From assembly GCF_009914755.1 (NCBI RefSeq), contig NC_060933.1: DNA of 64,000 nucleotides. One strand, 5' to 3'. Made by a program: the position numbers and the translations under genes. The notes beneath the pieces were generated by a model. It had not been told where the DNA came from. It did not search any database and was given only the letters and a program-made list of their open reading frames with translations. This DNA is from the human T2T-CHM13v2.0 reference genome, Homo sapiens. Shown here in pieces: positions 59,405-64,000 of the stretch (positions within the stretch are counted from its first letter, which is position 1; the number at the start of each line of letters is the position of its first letter).

Positions 59405-59604
59405 ATGGACGATCAATCCAGGATGCTGCAGACTCTGGCCGGGGTGAACCTGGCTGGCCACTCGGTGCAGGGGGGCATGGCCCTGCCGCCTCCCCCGCAC
59501 GGCCACGAAGGGGCGGACGGCGACGGCAGGAAGCAGGACATCGGCGACATCCTCCACCAGATCATGACCATCACCGACCAGAGCTTGGACGAGGCGCAAG
59601 CAAA
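59405..59604 (+). CDS. PBX3: PBX3 coding exon 1 (200 nt, [24 protein letters not shown]...[25 protein letters not shown])
   Basis: ATG at 59405 in strong Kozak context (GGGATGG). The translation contains the PBC-A start [24 protein letters not shown], and the N-terminus matches PBX3 as I recall it. A donor AA|GTTGGT at 59605 joins in frame to exon 2. Confidence 0.97.
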
Positions 59605-60500
59605 GTTGGTGTCGTCTCATTAAGCATCTTTTGTGTGTGTGCGGGAGCCGGGCCCGCGGCCGAGTCGAGGCCCGGGGTGGCGCCCGGGGCTAGGGCCGCA
59701 GCCCCCGGCGGGGAACTTTCTCCGAAAGCCGGCCGCCCGCCCCGGCCTCGGGGGGACTTGCCCGCGCCCCCCGAAGCGGGCGGGAGTCGGCAAAGTTGCT
59801 CTGGGGGGCTCGGGACGGACTCGGTGCAGCGCGGATTCCGTGGCGTCCTTTCCCCCGTCCTGCCCCTCGCAGCCCGGCCCCCTCCCAGGGATTTAAACCT
59901 CCCGCCCCGACCCCGTGCGGGCCGCGCCGCCGGGAAGTGTAACTTTCTCCTCCGGCGGGGAGTCCCGGCGCCGGCTCCCGCGGCCGCGGGACGACCTCGC
60001 GATGCGGGCGGCCACCCGGGCCCGGCGCGGGGCGATGGGCGGTTCCCTGGCGGGTCCGGGTGCGGACGGCCAAGTTCTCGGAGAGGGAGGGCCGCCTTGC
60101 AAACTTTGCCGAGCTGTCACCCTCCCGCTGGCCGCAGTCGGCCGGCCTCCTCTGCACAGGAGCGGACGCGGGAGCCCCTCCGCACCCGTCCCCTCCCCCG
60201 GGTCGCCTTCGCCTGCCCCCGGGGCGAGGCTCCCCGCGCGGGTTCGCGTCGCGTCTGCAGTGGCCGAGGCTGCTGCCTGCCGGGCAGATGGGTCCGCCTT
60301 GTTCCGGCTGCAGCTTTCGCCGCCGGGGCTTGCTGGCTGTCGGGAACTAGTCAACTGGAGTTTTTGTTGACTTCCCACGGTTCAAAAGGGCCTTCCAGAA
60401 TGGGGGGCTGGAATTAAATCTTGGGTCTAACTTAAAGGAAGGCGCCATATTATTCCATAGGTGATGCTAATACCTTTGTGTTTCGTTATTTGTTTTTTAG

Positions 60501-60574
60501 GAAACATGCCCTGAACTGTCACAGAATGAAACCAGCGCTCTTCAGCGTCCTGTGTGAGATCAAAGAGAAAACAG
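60501..60574 (+). CDS. PBX3: PBX3 coding exon 2 (74 nt, [24 protein letters not shown])
   Basis: Acceptor ttatttgttttttag|G at 60500/60501 and donor CAG|GTAAGA at 60574/60575. The peptide is the conserved PBC-A segment of PBX proteins, and the phase matches exon 1 (AA+G = Lys). Confidence 0.97.
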
Positions 60575-63500
60575 GTAAGACGCTGCGCCCCGCAGTGGGC
60601 CTGGAGACCCCCGAGGTGGGGGTCGGAGCTACTCCTTCGACTCTCCAGTTGAGAGCTGCTGCTTTTGGGCACCGCCATCTTTGATCATTCTCTCCTTCCC
60701 ACGTCCTGATCTTGAGAAAAAACTGCAATAAATCTGGAGTCAATTTCTCAGTTCTGCTCCTGGTGTAAAATGAAGTGTAGGTGCGGACCGGGCTGGATCG
60801 CCGTCCCTCGGCGGCCGCCCCTGGCTGCAGGCGGGGAGGGGGCCCGGAGCGCCAGCCGCCCTCTTCCCTCTCCTTTCGCCTTGTTTGTGTGTCAGTTTTT
60901 AAAAGGAGCAACGGGAGACTGGATGCCAGGACCGAGTCCCCGGGAGAAGCATCGCCCGAACTTTGTTTTACTTAGACAGTCTTAAGCTTCAGCTGCACGG
61001 ATAGAAGAATAGATGCAATTGAACAGACCCCAGTAGCATGCTTGAATTAGTGTTTTAGGTGGGAAGGCTACTTTAGAGAATCGAGGAAGGGTAATGATGT
61101 GTAGACACATACGATGTATTACATCTGTTAATACTTGTATTATTTTGTATTCTGAAGTCATTACACTTGTAACTGTGCTTAATATATAAAGTATAAAAAG
61201 GTCTACAGATGCAGGTTAAACAATTTTGAAGTGTCCAAGTCAGGGAATATATAAGAAGATAGGTTTTGCAGAAGTGCTGGAATGAAAACTACAGGTACAT
61301 ATTTGGCAAATTTTTGGCAATTCGTTTCAGTTTAACTTTCTTGTCAGACTTTATTAATTGAAGGTCTTTCAGTCTTGACGTGAGGTAACTGCTCAAACTG
61401 AAGCAGAGATTTGGATGTTTTAGTTTGTATTTGGCATTATCTTCCCTGTATGTGGCAAACAAGTACATTAAACAAGCTCTACTGTTTATTTTTTTCCTGT
61501 TCTTTTCTTTCTTTTTTTTTTTTTTTTTGGTGTGTGTTGGATGTATGGTATTTTAAAGTTGCCATTTTGAAAGTTGAGGCAAAGGAGAAAAAGTTGAAGT
61601 CCAGGATATAGCACTATCCAAGGGAGGCTATTTAGAAGGTTACATGTGATTGTGTTTAAATTGAGTGTACAAATAGCACAGTGCAAATAATTGTTAGGTT
61701 GATAGGCGAGTCAGCCTTCTTTGAAACAGGTTTTTCGCTTTGCAATACTATTCTGATCCTAAAAGTAATCAAGAAAAGATGATGAGTTATTGCTGTCTAT
61801 TAAATATATATGCTAAACCATAATAAGCAGCAAATAATAAGGGAGGCCAAAGAGTACTTTTCCTGGTTTTCATTCACATATTATGGCTGGTTTCTTAATG
61901 CTCAGTGATCCTTTCTTGAATTACTAACTTTTATTTTGTGTTGATTTTTAGCTACCTTTAGAAAGCGTTTTGATTTAAAGCAGTAGATAATTTTTATCTG
62001 ACTGTAAAATAAGACATCTAGCATTCAGTCTTGAAGATTCTTAGTTTAGAAGCTTAAAAGTATGCAATTCTCAGTAAATTCTGATGCTTAGTGTCCAAGG
62101 GTTTTCCTGCTATCAGGGCTCCACTTCAGTTTCTGCTGACAGCCAAGCACTGGGGTATTGACTATGTTGTGAATATTAAGATTGATTCGACTTTATACAG
62201 CCTTATATTACTAGGGAGAGGGGATGGATACTTATCGCTTCTCATCCCCTTCTCATTATTTGTATTTATTTATTTATTTTTGCCTTTTTAAAGTTTTGGC
62301 CTAGCTAGCTTGAGAACTAAACCCAGCAAACTGCTTTTCATGTTGAGACATTTAGCAGCAGGCAGAATTCAATTAGGAAGCATAAGTCCTTTAGTTGCTT
62401 ATTTGCACAGGACTTAGTTACACCATTCTGAAAGGAAAGTATAGTCAACCACATGTCAAAGGTGAGTTACGAAAAAGAAACAAATCTTTTCAAAGTCTGG
62501 GATTACTGGCAGAGAGAGCTTTGGTAGGGCTATTGCTATTTAAAAACCAAGAGGCAGCTGACAAAAGAAATTTTTGTGTTTTAAAATTGTTTCTGGGGCT
62601 TTCAGTGATAACTTGTAAATTAGATTCTCTTTTTGTGCTTTGGCCAGTGGATCCACATTTGCACGTTATCTCTTTTGTAAAAAGCCAACAGCCGACAAAG
62701 AGTAAAGGCGGCTGTCTGGGTAGAGGCATCTTCCTGCTAGCCTCTCTAAGCTCGAGAGGGATGGGATTTAAGTACTGAGTGATTGATGGGGGTGAAGCTC
62801 TTTCTCTTCTTTCCATTCTCCCCTACTACCCATAGCTTCACCTCACTCTCCAAAACTAGTCTTAGAATGAGACAGGGACTCAGAATCCTCAATTCGAAAT
62901 AAAACAGCTGTGTAGACATTAGTGTTACCAAAGCAAAGAAAGCGGGGCTGCAAATTCCAAGCCCCCCCACTCCTGCTTCCATAGTCGGTCATGCTTTAGA
63001 AACATGAACTTATAAAAGAAACATTGTAGAATATATGTATATTGCATAAATATTTTTTAAAAATCATTTTATTTAATCTAATAATACCTAAAAATTAATT
63101 CTTTGTAATTTAGAGAAAGTTTACCTAGTCATTTATGAATAGAAACCAGAAACATTATGTTGATGACTCTATTCTGCTTAATGAAGGGGGTTGAGGGTGA
63201 ACTGTCATTTCAGTGGATAATGTCATTTCAGTTGTGCTTTTCTTCTAAAACAAAACAAAATCATTTTAAAAAAAATCTGTTTATTTGTAGCTCTGCCAGT
63301 GGATTTTGAGGTTTCTGATCAGGCAGTGAACACTGCCAGTTCTTATGCACATGGGGGATTTAGTTTAGAAAACATCTGTTTCCCCCTCTACCATATATGA
63401 AAAGGTATTTTTCCCTTCTGACAGATAAATGGGTAATCTACTACAATTATATTATTTTCTTGTTGAGAGGTAAGGAAAGTATACTTCTACTATAAGATGC

Positions 63501-64000
63501 TGCTTTTTCTTGAGAATATATTCTTTCGTAAAATTGATCATACCATTATTTTTGGGCAGAAATGTCTCTCATTGTTGAATTGTGATATTTGTGCATTTTG
63601 AGAGCACCCAAAAAGTTGTAGGCTTTAAAATAAAAATAGTTGTTTATTTTAAACCAAGTAACCAGTGAGATTATTGTTGATATGTTAAGATTTTTCTCCT
63701 GATTTTTAAAGCCATATTTTATCATCTGTCTCTTATTAAATATCCCTGATGCCACAAGGTCTGCTCACCTGCATACCTCTTTTGGTGTATGCCCCCACCT
63801 CTTTTTGGTCATCTTAATCTTAATTGTTGAAGTGCTTTCCTTTGTGAAATATTTCATCCTGAAAAATCTTGTCTTCTTTCCAAAGCCCTTAATTGTGCGA
63901 GTTTAAGTGAAGGAAATAGTTCTTTTTCAAGAAAAAAATATTTATTTTTTAAATGAAATCCCACATTTTAGTAGATAATATGAATCACATTATTGTGAAA
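60575..64000 (+). other. PBX3: Start of PBX3 intron 2 (continues beyond the window)
   Basis: Follows the exon 2 donor. No further PBX coding segment is recognisable, and the stretch is Alu-free. Confidence 0.85.

Larger units (their letters stand above)
57990..60960. promoter_or_regulatory. PBX3: PBX3 CpG island / promoter, 5'UTR and intron 1
   Basis: Extremely GC- and CpG-rich. Contains an X-box GTTACCATGGCGAC (58029-58042), CCAAT boxes (about 58106, 58166 reverse, 58539), GC boxes and a YY1-type CGCCATATT (60443-60451). Confidence 0.92.

Noticed and set aside
58386-59447. 353-aa ORF (GTG start; internal ATG at 58542) overlapping the PBX3 start out of frame, plus other long ORFs at 57.9-60.4 kb
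   Set aside because: Low-complexity P/A/R/G translations are expected in very GC-rich DNA. The ATG is part of a CCAAT box probably upstream of the TSS, and no domain is recognisable.
60478-60684. 68-aa ORF spanning PBX3 exon 2 as a separate gene
   Set aside because: It is exon 2 with intronic flanks read in frame.

Overview
This is human (primate) genomic DNA, not microbial: it is very Alu-dense and carries MIR, L2, L1M, MaLR/ERV LTR and Tigger fossils. The only protein-coding sequence I can support is the start of PBX3 (TALE homeodomain, PBC-A domain) on the + strand. Coding exon 1 is 59405-59604 and exon 2 is 60501-60574, both inside a large CpG-island promoter. A second CpG island at about 18.7-19.35 kb is a housekeeping-type promoter (ETS, NRF1, GC box) driving a minus-strand non-coding first exon that ends at a CAG|GTAAAG donor at 18935. 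From recalled synteny with PBX3 (9q33.3) this is MAPKAP1 (SIN1), so 1-18934 is its intron 1 and the two genes are divergent about 40 kb apart. Nearly all other ORFs in the track are Alu-, microsatellite- or GC-derived artefacts. I found no convincing new biological system. The best leads are: repeat-free candidate developmental enhancers rich in homeobox/MEIS/PBX-HOX motifs (about 6.9-7.5 kb and 38-39.5 kb); a composite block with a ~200-bp local duplication that appears to split a MIR (12.2-13.6 kb); a uORF in the minus-strand first exon; a weak PBX3 intron-1 donor with a possible internal promoter; a ~457-nt purine/pyrimidine-alternating tract; and closely spaced inverted AluY copies. Repeat boundaries and subfamily names were assigned by eye and are approximate.
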